A DNA stretch of 64,000 nucleotides from NCBI GenBank assembly GCA_040882605.1, contig JBBEAY010000062.1, forward strand, positions 4,661 to 68,660. The letters are read 5' to 3'. Position numbers and translations under genes: made by a program. Below are positions 1 to 8,978 of the stretch, piece by piece (position 1 is the first letter of the stretch; each line of letters opens with the position of its first letter). The DNA comes from Actinomycetota bacterium. Lineage in GTDB: Bacteria > Actinomycetota > UBA4738 > HRBIN12. The notes under the pieces were generated by a model that made no database searches, had not been told where the DNA came from, and saw only the letters and a list, made by a program, of their open reading frames with translations.

Positions 1-341
1 CGCTCGTGGCGATCGTGGCGCCTGATGCGGGCGTGGCCGTGACGGTGCGGCTCGCATCCGGCAGTGTGCGGGTCGCAGACGGCGTCGCGGCCGATTCGCA
101 CCTGAGGGTCGTCGCCGACGCCGACCGCCTGCTCGCGCTCGCGGCAGCCCCGCTACGCGCGGGGCTGCCCGATCCGTTGCACCCCGACGGCCGAGCTGCG
201 CTCGCCGACGTCGTCACGGGGCGGGTGCGTGTGCACGGGTTGCTGCGACACCCCATTCGGCTCGCAAGGTTCACGTCGCTGCTCTCCGTCTACGAGCCCG
301 GCCCACGATCAGCCAAAGGGCACAGGTCGGTCCGCTCGTGA
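1..341 (+). CDS. C-terminal part of an SCP2/sterol-carrier-like domain protein (5' end outside window)
   Basis: The frame is open from the window edge to TGA 339-341, with high GC3. The tail ...GRVRVHGLLRHPIRLARFTSLL resembles SCP2-type C-termini. The stop overlaps the next start (GTGA). Confidence 0.4.
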   Translation, partial: LVAIVAPDAGVAVTVRLASGSVRVADGVAADSHLRVVADADRLLALAAAPLRAGLPDPLHPDGRAALADVVTGRVRVHGLLRHPIRLARFTSLLSVYEPGPRSAKGHRSVRS

Positions 342-949
342 GAGGCGAGGCGCCGCCCCGCCCTGATGCGTCGGAGTCGATGCGACGTGCGAGGTCCGCT
401 CATCGGTGGCTCCCCGTGGCCGCCGTGCTCGGCGTCGTGTGCGTCACCTCGCTCGGAGGCTTCATCGTGTCCGCCGCACTGTCGGAGCCGGCAGGCCCGC
501 CCGTGTCGATCGCCGGCGTGGTCTCGGTGCAACCGCTCAGCGGGTGGGAACCGGCCGAAGCCGGTGTTGTCGCCGAGCGACCCATCGTGCGGATCACCAG
601 GGGAAGCGGCACGCTCGCCATCATCGCGTGGGGCCCGGTCACCGCAGACGCCGAGGCGCTCGCCGGAGACGTGGTCGACGAGCTCTTGCGCGATCGGCTC
701 GACCGGCTCACCGTCTCTGAGGTCCTCACGGCGGTCACGCTCGACCAAGGGCTCGAGGCCCAGCGATTCACCTTCGTGGGCATCGATCGCATCTCGGGCG
801 CCGCCGTCGAGGGTGAGGTCACTGCGGTCTTAACACCCGGCGGTGAGGGCGTGGTCTTCTTCGGGCTCGCCCCCGAGGGATCGCTGGCGTTCGTCGACGG
901 CGACCTGCATACGATGATCGCCGCCGCGAGCCTGGGGGAGCAGGCGTGA
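338..949 (+). CDS. Hypothetical membrane-anchored/secreted protein
   Basis: 203-aa ORF with high GC3. It has one N-terminal hydrophobic helix (WLPVAAVLGVVCVTSLGGFIVSAAL). It is GTGA-coupled to both neighbours. An alternative ATG start lies at 380. I recognise no domain. Confidence 0.55.
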   Translation: MRGEAPPRPDASESMRRARSAHRWLPVAAVLGVVCVTSLGGFIVSAALSEPAGPPVSIAGVVSVQPLSGWEPAEAGVVAERPIVRITRGSGTLAIIAWGPVTADAEALAGDVVDELLRDRLDRLTVSEVLTAVTLDQGLEAQRFTFVGIDRISGAAVEGEVTAVLTPGGEGVVFFGLAPEGSLAFVDGDLHTMIAAASLGEQA

Positions 950-2160
950 AGGCCGCCGATCTCCGGTCACGCCGCCGGTTGCATCACTCCGCCTTCCTGC
1001 AGCCTCGTCAGCCGGCTTTCTGGCTCTTCGTGCTCATCGTGGGTCTCACGAGCATCGTGGCTTTCGCCGAGCAGAGCTTCTTCCGAGACGCCTCGCCGGG
1101 CGGTTGGGCCTTGTCGTGGATCCTGCTGGCGCTCTACGGCCTGCCGGTCGCGGTGGTCGTGTATCTGCTCGACCTCTACGAGCGGGAGCCGGCGCCACTG
1201 CTCGTGGCGGCGTTCATCTGGGGGGCCGTCGCAGCCACGACGCTCTCGGCGATCGGCAACGCCGGATGGGGGCTCACGGTTGCTCGCCTCGCGGGCCCGG
1301 AGTTCGCCGCTCGCTGGACCGCGGCCCTCACAGCGCCCTTCGTGGAGGAGATCTTGAAGGGCTGCGGCATCGTGTTGATCTACCTGATCGCTCGCGACGA
1401 GGTCGACGACGTCATGGATGGCTTCGTCTACGGCGCGATCTGCGGTCTCGGGTTCGCGATCGTCGAAGACGTCGTCTACTTCATGGCCGTGTTCGGCGGC
1501 CAGCCGAGCGGGGTGCTGCAGGGCTTCTGGGTGCGGGTCGTGGCGAGCGGTCTCTACGGGCACGTGCTCTACACGGGCCTCGTCGGCATGGCGGTGGGAA
1601 TCGTCGTCTCACGCAGGTCGACGGCATCGCTGCGCCACCGGCTCTGGCCGGCCGCCGGGCTGTCCGCGCTCGCTGCGTTCGCGCACTTCCTTTGGAACTC
1701 ACCCCTGCTCTCGCTGTTCCCCGCCGAGCCGTGGTCGGGGACCGACTACCTGTTCTTGGTGGTCGCCACCGCGGTCAAGGGGTTGCCGTTGCTCGCGTTC
1801 GTCGCGATCGCGGTGACCCTCGCCCGTCGTCGCGAGCGCCGCTGGCTGCATCGAGCGCTCGATGGCGAGGTCGGCCTCGACGGCATCTCGCAAGCAGAGC
1901 TGCGCCTGCTGGAGAGCCCCAGGCGTCGTCGCGCGGCCAGAGGGGAGATGCGGCGGCGAGCGGGTACCCGAGCCGCCGCCCTGCTGCATCGGCTGCAGCG
2001 AGAACAGGTGAACCTGGCGATGGTTGCATCGCGTGTCGCCGGCGCCGAGGATCCTGCGCTCACTCGCCAGCGCGCATACTGCGCCTCGCTGCGCGAGGCG
2101 CTCCGGGCCATCCCGGGCGCTGCGCCCGCCGCAGGCGAGACGGGCCCCGGCGCCCGGTAA
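946..2160 (+). CDS. PrsW-family intramembrane metalloprotease with Arg-rich C-terminal extension
   Basis: Polytopic membrane protein carrying the PrsW signature FVEEILKG and a later HFLWNS motif. 404 aa. Confidence 0.8.
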   Translation: MKAADLRSRRRLHHSAFLQPRQPAFWLFVLIVGLTSIVAFAEQSFFRDASPGGWALSWILLALYGLPVAVVVYLLDLYEREPAPLLVAAFIWGAVAATTLSAIGNAGWGLTVARLAGPEFAARWTAALTAPFVEEILKGCGIVLIYLIARDEVDDVMDGFVYGAICGLGFAIVEDVVYFMAVFGGQPSGVLQGFWVRVVASGLYGHVLYTGLVGMAVGIVVSRRSTASLRHRLWPAAGLSALAAFAHFLWNSPLLSLFPAEPWSGTDYLFLVVATAVKGLPLLAFVAIAVTLARRRERRWLHRALDGEVGLDGISQAELRLLESPRRRRAARGEMRRRAGTRAAALLHRLQREQVNLAMVASRVAGAEDPALTRQRAYCASLREALRAIPGAAPAAGETGPGAR

Positions 2161-2163
2161 CCT
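2158..2163 (+). promoter_or_regulatory. Putative -10 hexamer (TAACCT) for a leaderless meaB transcript
   Basis: TANNNT hexamer 8 nt upstream of ATG 2172. No SD lies between them. Confidence 0.35.
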
Positions 2164-2171
2164 TGGCCGCC

Positions 2172-3149
2172 ATGGACGTCGACGCGTTGGTACGGGGGGT
2201 GCTGGCGGGGGACCGGCGAGCCGTGGCCCGCGCGATCAGCGCAGTCGAAGACGGAGCCGACGATCTCGAAGCCCTTTCCGAAGGCATCTTCCCGAGCACC
2301 GGGCGAGCCGCGACCATCGGTCTCACCGGGGCGCCGGGCGTAGGCAAGTCCACCTTGGCGGCGGGGCTCGTACGAGTGGGGCGCGCGCGCCACCTGCGCG
2401 CCGCGGTGCTCGCGGTCGACCCGACCTCGCCGTACACGGGAGGAGCCTTGCTCGGTGACCGGGTGCGCATGCAGGAGCATGCCACCGATCCGAGCGTGTT
2501 CATCCGTTCGATGGCCACGCGCGGGCACCTCGGAGGCATGGCGCTCGCGGCGCCCGAGGCGGTGCGCATCCTCGATGCGGCCGGCTACGACCGAGTCGTG
2601 GTCGAGACGGTCGGGGTCGGCCAGGCCGAGGTCGATGTCGCGGCCGCCACCGACACCGCGGTCGTCGTGCTGGCGCCCGGCATGGGCGACGCGGTGCAGA
2701 TGGCCAAGGCGGGCATCCTCGAGGTCGCCGACGTCTTCGTCGTGAACAAGGCCGACCGTGAAGGCGCCCCCGAGGTCGTGCGCGAGCTGCGCCAGATGCT
2801 GCACCTTGGCGCCGCTCGGGACTGGGATCCGCCTGTGCTCACCGCTTCCGCGATCGGCAGCGACGCAAGCGACGGCATCGATGAGGTATGGGAAGCGATC
2901 GAGTCGCACAGGGCGCACCTCGAAGCGAGCGGGGCGCTCGGGTCGAAGCGGCGAGCCCGCCTGCTGCGAGAGGTCGAGGCGCTGGCGGCCGCGCGCTTCC
3001 ACATCGAGATCGCTCGCGCCCTCGATGCAGACCCTGCACTCGCCGATGACCTGGTTGAACGGCGGACGGACCCGTACGGCGCCGCGGCTATGCTGGTTCG
3101 GCGGGCCACCGGCCAGAGCCCTCGAGGCGGACCGCGTCGAGATGGGTGA
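2172..3149 (+). CDS. meaB: Methylmalonyl-CoA-mutase-associated G-protein chaperone (MeaB/ArgK)
   Basis: P-loop GLTGAPGVGKST, the VDPTSPYTGGALLGDR segment and NKAD are the typical MeaB G-motifs. The real gene is the 3' part of the 681-aa track ORF. Confidence 0.9.
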   Translation: MDVDALVRGVLAGDRRAVARAISAVEDGADDLEALSEGIFPSTGRAATIGLTGAPGVGKSTLAAGLVRVGRARHLRAAVLAVDPTSPYTGGALLGDRVRMQEHATDPSVFIRSMATRGHLGGMALAAPEAVRILDAAGYDRVVVETVGVGQAEVDVAAATDTAVVVLAPGMGDAVQMAKAGILEVADVFVVNKADREGAPEVVRELRQMLHLGAARDWDPPVLTASAIGSDASDGIDEVWEAIESHRAHLEASGALGSKRRARLLREVEALAAARFHIEIARALDADPALADDLVERRTDPYGAAAMLVRRATGQSPRGGPRRDG

Positions 3150-3183
3150 GCCGGATCGCCCGTCCACCCGCGGAGGAGGTTCC

Positions 3184-4827
3184 GTGAGCGATCCGCAGCA
3201 ACCGGCCGATGCACCGAGCCAGGACCGATCTCACACCTCGTTGTCCGGCGAGCCTGTTCCGGCGCTCGTCGGGCCCGGCGACGCGCCCGATCGCGACCCG
3301 GAGGCGGCTCTCGGCATGCCGGGCTCGCCTCCGTACACGCGCGGGGTCTACCCCTCGATGTACCGGGGCCGTCTGTGGACGATGCGCCAGTTCGCCGGGT
3401 TCGGCTCGCCCGCGCAGACGAACGCCCGGTACCGTTTCCTGCTCGATCAGGGCCAGGGCGGGCTGAGCGTCGCCTTCGACATGCCGACGCTGATGGGCCT
3501 CGACTCCGACGATCCGCGGAGCGAGGGAGAGGTCGGTCGCTGTGGCGTCGCGACGGACTCCCTCGACGATTTCGAGACGTTGTTCGACGGCATCCCGCTC
3601 GGCGACATCACCACGTCGATGACGATCAGCGGGCCGGCCACGATCGCGTTCGCGTTCTTCCTCGCGACGGCCGAACGCCAGGGCGTCGACCGGCAGCGGC
3701 TCGACGGCACGCTGCAGACCGACATCCTCAAGGAGTACATCGCCCAGAAGGAATGGCTCTTCCCGCCGCGCCCGCACCTACGGCTGATCGGCGACCTCAT
3801 GGCCTTCTGCGCGGAGCATGTGCCGAAGTTCCACCCGATCAGCGTGAGCGGCTACCACATCAGGGAAGCGGGGGCCACTGCGGCACAGGAGCTCGCGTTC
3901 ACCCTCGCCGACGGATTCGCCTACGTCGAGCTCGGCCTGCAGCGCGGCCTCGACCCGGCGCGGTTCGTACCGGGATTGTCGTTCTTCTTCAACAGCCACA
4001 TCGACCTGCTCGAGGAGCTCGGCAAGTTCCGGGCCGCGCGGCGCATCTGGGAACGCTGGCTCCGCGAGCGGTACGGGGTGACCGACGCCGATGCGCGGCG
4101 CCTTCGGTTCCACACCCAGACCGCGGGGGTGTCGAACACCGCGCAGCAGCCGATGAACAACGTGGTGCGCACGGCGCTCGAGGCGCTCACTGCGGTGCTC
4201 GGGGGCACACAGTCGCTGCACACGAACGCGCTCGACGAGGTGCTGGCCTTGCCGACCGAGCACGCTGCTCGCCTCGCGCTCCGTACCCAGCAGGTGATCG
4301 CCTACGAGAGTGGCGTGGCCGACGTGGCCGATCCTCTCGGCGGTTCCTACGTCGTCGAGCGCGCGACCGACGAGATCGAGGCGAAGGCCGAGGAGCTGTT
4401 CGACCACATCGACGAGATGGGGAAAGGGTCGATGCTCGAAGGCGTGCTCGAGGGCATCGAACGAGGATGGTTCCAGCAGCTCATCGCCGAGGCCGCGTTC
4501 TCCGAACAGCGCCGTCTCGAGTCCGGCGACCTGCTGAAGGTCGGGGTCAACGCCTTCGTCGACCCCGGCGCCGCGTCGGTCGACACCTTGGTGATCGGCC
4601 CCGAGGCCGAGGCCGGCCAGCTCGAGTCCGTGGCCCGCACGCGCTCACATCGCGATCAAGCCGCGGCCGACCGAGCACTCGCTGACCTAAGTTCCGCCGC
4701 GGCCGACGACCACGCCGAGCTCATCGGTCCGTTGGTCGAGTGCGCGCGAGCCCTCTGCACCGAAGGCGAGATCGTGCGCACCCTGTCGACGGTGTTCGGG
4801 GAGTACCGGGAAACCCCTCGGTACTGA
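3184..4827 (+). CDS. icmA: Acyl-CoA mutase large (substrate-binding TIM-barrel) subunit, isobutyryl-CoA-mutase-like; no B12-binding domain
   Basis: Matches include PPYTRGVYPSMYRGRLWTMRQFAGFG, GLSVAFDMPTLMGLDSDD and DILKEYIAQKEWLFPP. It has Phe (RQF) and Gln (IAQKE) where methylmalonyl-CoA mutase has Tyr89 and Arg207, which is the ICM-type signature from memory. The GGAGGAGG SD at 3172-3179 favours GTG 3184. An alternative ATG at 3142 would overlap the meaB stop. Confidence 0.8.
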   Translation: MSDPQQPADAPSQDRSHTSLSGEPVPALVGPGDAPDRDPEAALGMPGSPPYTRGVYPSMYRGRLWTMRQFAGFGSPAQTNARYRFLLDQGQGGLSVAFDMPTLMGLDSDDPRSEGEVGRCGVATDSLDDFETLFDGIPLGDITTSMTISGPATIAFAFFLATAERQGVDRQRLDGTLQTDILKEYIAQKEWLFPPRPHLRLIGDLMAFCAEHVPKFHPISVSGYHIREAGATAAQELAFTLADGFAYVELGLQRGLDPARFVPGLSFFFNSHIDLLEELGKFRAARRIWERWLRERYGVTDADARRLRFHTQTAGVSNTAQQPMNNVVRTALEALTAVLGGTQSLHTNALDEVLALPTEHAARLALRTQQVIAYESGVADVADPLGGSYVVERATDEIEAKAEELFDHIDEMGKGSMLEGVLEGIERGWFQQLIAEAAFSEQRRLESGDLLKVGVNAFVDPGAASVDTLVIGPEAEAGQLESVARTRSHRDQAAADRALADLSSAAADDHAELIGPLVECARALCTEGEIVRTLSTVFGEYRETPRY

Positions 4828-4882
4828 CCGTCCGCTCTCGACCCTTTCAGATGCGTCATCATGTGGGTGCGGGCATTCTCTG

Positions 4883-4912
4883 TTGCAACTCTTTGCAAGA
4901 ACCCGATAGCCT
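4883..4912 (+). promoter_or_regulatory. Putative promoter of the metal ABC operon (TTGCAA-18 nt-TAGCCT) with a second TTGCAA in the spacer
   Basis: -35-like TTGCAA at 4883-4888. The -10 TAGCCT at 4907-4912 lies 7 nt before ATG 4920 (leaderless). A TTGCAA repeat at 4893-4898 sits one helical turn from the first and could be an operator. Confidence 0.4.
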
Positions 4913-4919
4913 ATAGGGC

Positions 4920-5951
4920 ATGCGAGTGATCTATGCCGCCGGGTTGCCGGGCAGGGTCGTGGCCACCCTGATCGTCTCGTCATGGCTGATGGCCGGGTGT
5001 GCCGCGGCCGGCGGCGACCCGAGCGCCGCCCGCGACGACGAGGACCGGCTCCACGTGGTGACGACCGTCTCGCCGATCACCAACATCGTGGCGAACGTCG
5101 GCGGCTCGGCGGTGTCGGTGACCGGCATCGTGCCCGAAGGCGCGAATAGCCACACGTTCGAGCCCGCTCCTTCCGACGCTGCCTTGATGGAGCAGGCAGA
5201 CATCGTCTTCATGAACGGGCTCCACCTCGAAGAGCCGACCCGCGAGCTCGCCGAGGCGAACATCGCCGACGAGGTGCCGGTCGTGCAGCTCGGAGAGCTG
5301 ACGATCGGTCCCGACGAGTACATCTTCGACTTCAGCTTTCCTGAAGCAGAAGGCGACCCGAATCCGCACCTGTGGACGAATCCCCCTTACGTGAAGCGCT
5401 ACGCGGAGATCGTTGGGTCGGAGCTCTCGTCGCTCGATCCGATCAACGCGGCGATGTACCGGCGCAACGTCGAGGCGTTCGCTGCCAGGATCGACGAGCT
5501 CGATGCGCTCGTGCGTGAGGTGACCGAGACCGTGCCACCCGAGAACCGCAAGCTGCTCACGTACCACGACTCGTTCCCCTACTTCGCCCGTGAGTACGGG
5601 TGGCAGGTCATCGGCGCCGTGCAACCCTCGGATTTCTCCGATCCGACGCCGCAGGAGGTCGCGGGCCTGATCGATCAGATCGAGGCCGAGCAGATCCCGA
5701 CGATCTTCGGTTCCGAGGTGTTCCCTAGCCCGGTGCTGGAGCAGATCGCCGCGGAGACCGGCGCCGAGTACGTCGACGATCTCCGAGACGACGACCTCCC
5801 CGGAGAGGCGGGAGACCCCGACCACAGCTACTTCGGTCTCATGGTCTATGACTACGTCACGTTCATGTCGGCGCTCGGCGGCGACACCGCACCCTTCGCA
5901 GCGCTCGATGTGTCGGATCTGCACGAGGACAACGCGGAGTACCGGGACTGA
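4920..5951 (+). CDS. Metal (Zn/Mn) ABC transporter substrate-binding lipoprotein, ZnuA/TroA family
   Basis: Signal/lipobox-like LMAGCAA, then VVTTVSPITNIVANVGG...NSHTFEPAPSD...DPNPHLW, typical of cluster A-I SBPs. Confidence 0.85.
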   Translation: MRVIYAAGLPGRVVATLIVSSWLMAGCAAAGGDPSAARDDEDRLHVVTTVSPITNIVANVGGSAVSVTGIVPEGANSHTFEPAPSDAALMEQADIVFMNGLHLEEPTRELAEANIADEVPVVQLGELTIGPDEYIFDFSFPEAEGDPNPHLWTNPPYVKRYAEIVGSELSSLDPINAAMYRRNVEAFAARIDELDALVREVTETVPPENRKLLTYHDSFPYFAREYGWQVIGAVQPSDFSDPTPQEVAGLIDQIEAEQIPTIFGSEVFPSPVLEQIAAETGAEYVDDLRDDDLPGEAGDPDHSYFGLMVYDYVTFMSALGGDTAPFAALDVSDLHEDNAEYRD

Positions 5952-5954
5952 CGC

Positions 5955-6761
5955 ATGACGGGCGCTCTCATCGATCTCGAGAAGGTCACGTGCAGGTATG
6001 GACACGATCCGGTGCTCGTGAACGTCGATATCCGGGTCGAGGCCGGCGACTTCATCGGCGTCGTGGGTCCTAGCGGATCGGGCAAGAGCACGCTGCTGAA
6101 GGCGATGGCAGGAACGGTGGCGCCGATCGCGGGCCGCATCGAGCGTCGCGCCGGGCTTGCCATCGGGTATGTGCCCCAGGTGGAAACGGTGAACTGGTTC
6201 TTCCCCGTGACCGTGCTCGAAGCGGTGCTGATGGCCCGTATCGAGGGCAGACGGCTTCCCTGGCCGTCGAGATCCGAGCTGCGTGCGGCACATGGAGTGC
6301 TCGACCGGCTAGGACTCGAAGAGCTCGCGGGCCGGCACATCCGCGAGCTCTCGGGGGGCCAGCAGCAGCGGGTCTTCATCGCACGCGCCTTGTTGCGGGA
6401 ACCCGATCTGCTGCTGCTCGACGAGCCGACGAGCGGCGTCGACGTGCGGACCCGCCACGACGTGATGCACGTGATCCACGAGCTGCATCACGATGGCTTG
6501 GCGATCGTGCTGACGACCCACGATCTCAATGGCATCGCCGCACACCTGCCGTATCTCATCTGCCTCAACCGTGAGGTGATCGCGTACGGAGCTCCGTCGC
6601 GCGTCATCACCCCTGCCGTGCTGGAGCGGACCTACGGCGCGCCCCTCGAGGTGCTGAGTCACGGCGGCATGCCGATCGTGCTCGAGCAGTATCCGGAGAT
6701 CGCCGAAGGGCTCGCGAGCGTCGTTCCGCTTCGAGAGGGGCACCATGAGCACCCTGCTTGA
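5955..6761 (+). CDS. Metal ABC transporter ATP-binding protein
   Basis: Walker A GPSGSGKST, signature LSGGQQQRV and Walker B LLLLDEP. Confidence 0.9.
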   Translation: MTGALIDLEKVTCRYGHDPVLVNVDIRVEAGDFIGVVGPSGSGKSTLLKAMAGTVAPIAGRIERRAGLAIGYVPQVETVNWFFPVTVLEAVLMARIEGRRLPWPSRSELRAAHGVLDRLGLEELAGRHIRELSGGQQQRVFIARALLREPDLLLLDEPTSGVDVRTRHDVMHVIHELHHDGLAIVLTTHDLNGIAAHLPYLICLNREVIAYGAPSRVITPAVLERTYGAPLEVLSHGGMPIVLEQYPEIAEGLASVVPLREGHHEHPA

Positions 6762-7590
6762 GCCGTTCGGGTACGAGTTCTTCATGAGGGCATTGATCGT
6801 GGCAACGGTGAGCGGTGCCCTCTGCGGGCTGATCGGCGTGTACGTGGTGCTGCGAGGCATGAGCTATATCGGGCACGGGCTGTCACACGCGATCTTCGGA
6901 GGGGCAGTGGCGAGCTACATCCTCGGTATCAATGTGTTCCTCGGGGCTGGAGCCTGGGGGCTGGCCGCGGCCTTGTTCATCAACCGCGTGGCCCGCCGCC
7001 GTTCGATCGGCGCCGACGCCGCGATCGGGACCATCACCTCCGCCAGTTTCGCGATCGGGATCATCCTCATCTCGGTGCAGGGCACCTTCGTCGACTTCGA
7101 GGCGCTGCTGTGGGGCGACGTACTCGGTGTCGCCCCCGTCGACGTGCTGGTGGTCCTGCTGGTAGGCGTCGCGACCGCGGCCTCCGTCTTCTTCGGGTAC
7201 CGGTCGCTGCTTTTCTCGACCTTCGATCCAGAGGTCGCGGAAGTCTCCGGGGTGCGAACGGGACGCGTCGATCTGATGCTCGCCGTGATGCTCACCGCGA
7301 CGATCGCCGCCACGATGAACGTGATCGGGGTGACGATGATCGCAGCCATGCTCGTGATCCCGCCGGTCATCGGCCGTCTGCTGACCGACAGCTTCGGCCG
7401 CATGCTGTGGATCTCGGTCGGCGTCAGCACGGTGTGCGGGTTCGTCGGCGTGTACGGCTCCTACTACCTGGACTGGTCATCGGGAGGCACGGTGGTACTC
7501 GCCGCGGCCGCCCTTTTCGTGGTGGCATTCGTGTGGTCGAGCCTGCGCAGGAGAAATCTTCCCGCGGTCGTCCCGCTCGACACCCATTGA
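6745..7590 (+). CDS. Metal ABC transporter permease (ZnuB/MntC-like)
   Basis: 281-aa polytopic membrane protein that overlaps the ATPase gene. It belongs to the ABC-3 family by sequence feel (YIGHGLSHAIFGG). Confidence 0.85.
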   Translation: MSTLLEPFGYEFFMRALIVATVSGALCGLIGVYVVLRGMSYIGHGLSHAIFGGAVASYILGINVFLGAGAWGLAAALFINRVARRRSIGADAAIGTITSASFAIGIILISVQGTFVDFEALLWGDVLGVAPVDVLVVLLVGVATAASVFFGYRSLLFSTFDPEVAEVSGVRTGRVDLMLAVMLTATIAATMNVIGVTMIAAMLVIPPVIGRLLTDSFGRMLWISVGVSTVCGFVGVYGSYYLDWSSGGTVVLAAAALFVVAFVWSSLRRRNLPAVVPLDTH

Positions 7591-7721
7591 AGCCGAGGAA
7601 CGGAGCGGACGTCGGCAACCTCCGCCGAGCCGGTGGTGGCGGCTCGCCGTCTCAGGTCAGTCGAGCAGGAACCACGCCACGCGCAAGTCCTGTGTTGCCC
7701 GGCGGTTCAGGTGCACGGTGA

Positions 7722-8255
7722 AGCCGTCGTTGGCGTCGTCCGGCACAGCCGCCCGCGATCGTCCGGATCGCCGAGGCCGGGGCGGTCGGTGGCTCGATCG
7801 AAGATTTCGATCCCGAAGGCTCCATCTACGAGCGTCACCAGGCCGTCGATCGGATCGCCGCCGCAGTCGAGGCGGCTCGCGCGCTGGACTTCCCGTTCAC
7901 GCTCACCGCGCGGGCCGAGAACCACATCCGCGGGAACCCGGATCTGCACGACACGATCTCGCGTCTGCAGGCCTACGAGGAAGCAGGCGCCGACGTGCTG
8001 TACGCGCCGGGCCTGGAAACCGTCGAAGAGGTCCGGGTCGTGTGTGGTGCCGTCTCGCGACCGGTCAACGTCTTGGCGTTGCCTGGATCCTCCCTTTCGG
8101 AGCTCGCAGGAGCGGGTGCACAACGGGTCAGTGTGGGGGGCGGGCTTACGTGGATCGCGGTCGGCGCCATGGTGAGCGCAGCCACAGCGATCCGCGACAA
8201 GGGCGACCTCTCGTCGCTCGCGACCGAGCTCCCGCTGGAGCGGTGGCTCACGTGA
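7722..8255 (+). pseudogene. 5'-truncated remnant of an isocitrate-lyase/PEP-mutase family gene (2-methylisocitrate-lyase-like)
   Basis: The frame after TGA 7719 reads ...IVRIAEAGAVGGSIEDF...LTARAENHIRGNPDLHDTISRLQAYEEAGADVLYAPGLETVEEVR...PVNVLAL. There is no ATG, GTG or TTG in frame before 7995. About 100 aa of the N-terminus (substrate/Mg site) is absent in all frames. Only 131 nt separate it from the upstream gene. Confidence 0.6.
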
Positions 8256-8306
8256 CGAAGTGAGGTGACGTCGCCGACGCTCCGCCGCCCGCGCGCCCCG
8301 GTGGCT

Positions 8307-8312
8307 TAGCCT
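8307..8312 (+). promoter_or_regulatory. Putative -10 (TAGCCT) for leaderless LysE-family gene
   Basis: TANNNT hexamer 7 nt upstream of ATG 8320, with no SD. Confidence 0.35.
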
Positions 8313-8319
8313 TTGGCCG

Positions 8320-8964
8320 ATGCCCGATCTCGAGACGATCACCGTGTTCACCGGCGCGTCGCTGCTGTTCGCCGTGGTGCCCGGCCCCGCCGTTATCTAC
8401 ATCGTCACCCGAAGCGTGCACCAAGGGCGAGCTGCCGGTCTCGTGTCCGCGCTCGGGATCGCGACGGGCACGCTCGTACATGTGCCCGCCGCCGCGGTCG
8501 GCCTTTCCGCGCTCCTGGTCTCCTCGGCGACCGCGTTCACGATCGTGAAGTACATGGGCGCCGCGTACCTCGTGTACCTGGGCATCCGGCAGTTCGTCGG
8601 CCGCCAGGCTGATGATCTCGAGGCGGCGCCGGCAACACGATCCTTGAGGCGCGCCTATACCCAAGGCGCGCTCGTGGGCGTGCTGAACCCCAAGACGGCC
8701 CTGTTCTTCCTCGCGTTCCTGCCGCAGTTCGTCGATCCGGCCAGGGGATCGACCGCCCTGCAGATCGGCGTGCTCGGGGTGCTCCTCGTGTGCATCTCGA
8801 TGGTGAGCGACAGTTGCTACGCGATGCTGACGGGCACGGCGGGCGACTGGCTCCGCGGCCGCGGCACGCGTTTCATGCGGCGACAGCGTTTGGTGAGCGG
8901 GGGCATCTACGTGGCGCTCGGCGTGTCGGCCGCCATCGCCGGCTCGAGCTCGACGACCGAGTAG
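8320..8964 (+). CDS. LysE/RhtB family amino-acid exporter
   Basis: 214 aa. The N-terminus ...FTGASLLFAVVPGPAVIYIVTRS and about 6 TM segments are typical of LysE translocators. Confidence 0.8.
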   Translation: MPDLETITVFTGASLLFAVVPGPAVIYIVTRSVHQGRAAGLVSALGIATGTLVHVPAAAVGLSALLVSSATAFTIVKYMGAAYLVYLGIRQFVGRQADDLEAAPATRSLRRAYTQGALVGVLNPKTALFFLAFLPQFVDPARGSTALQIGVLGVLLVCISMVSDSCYAMLTGTAGDWLRGRGTRFMRRQRLVSGGIYVALGVSAAIAGSSSTTE

Positions 8965-8978
8965 GCCCCGCGGCCGAG

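Noticed and set aside
1746-3167. Many very long ORFs antisense to, or out of frame with, well-supported genes. Examples are 1746-3167(-), 4980-6293(-), 26980-28404(-), 30562-32619(-), 53275-55719(-), 34793-36004(-) and 45832-47520(+) upstream part.
   Set aside because: Their translations are Arg/Pro/Gly/Ala-rich low-complexity sequence with no recognisable motifs. They overlap genes with strong family signatures. Such shadow ORFs are expected at ~70% GC because stop codons are rare.
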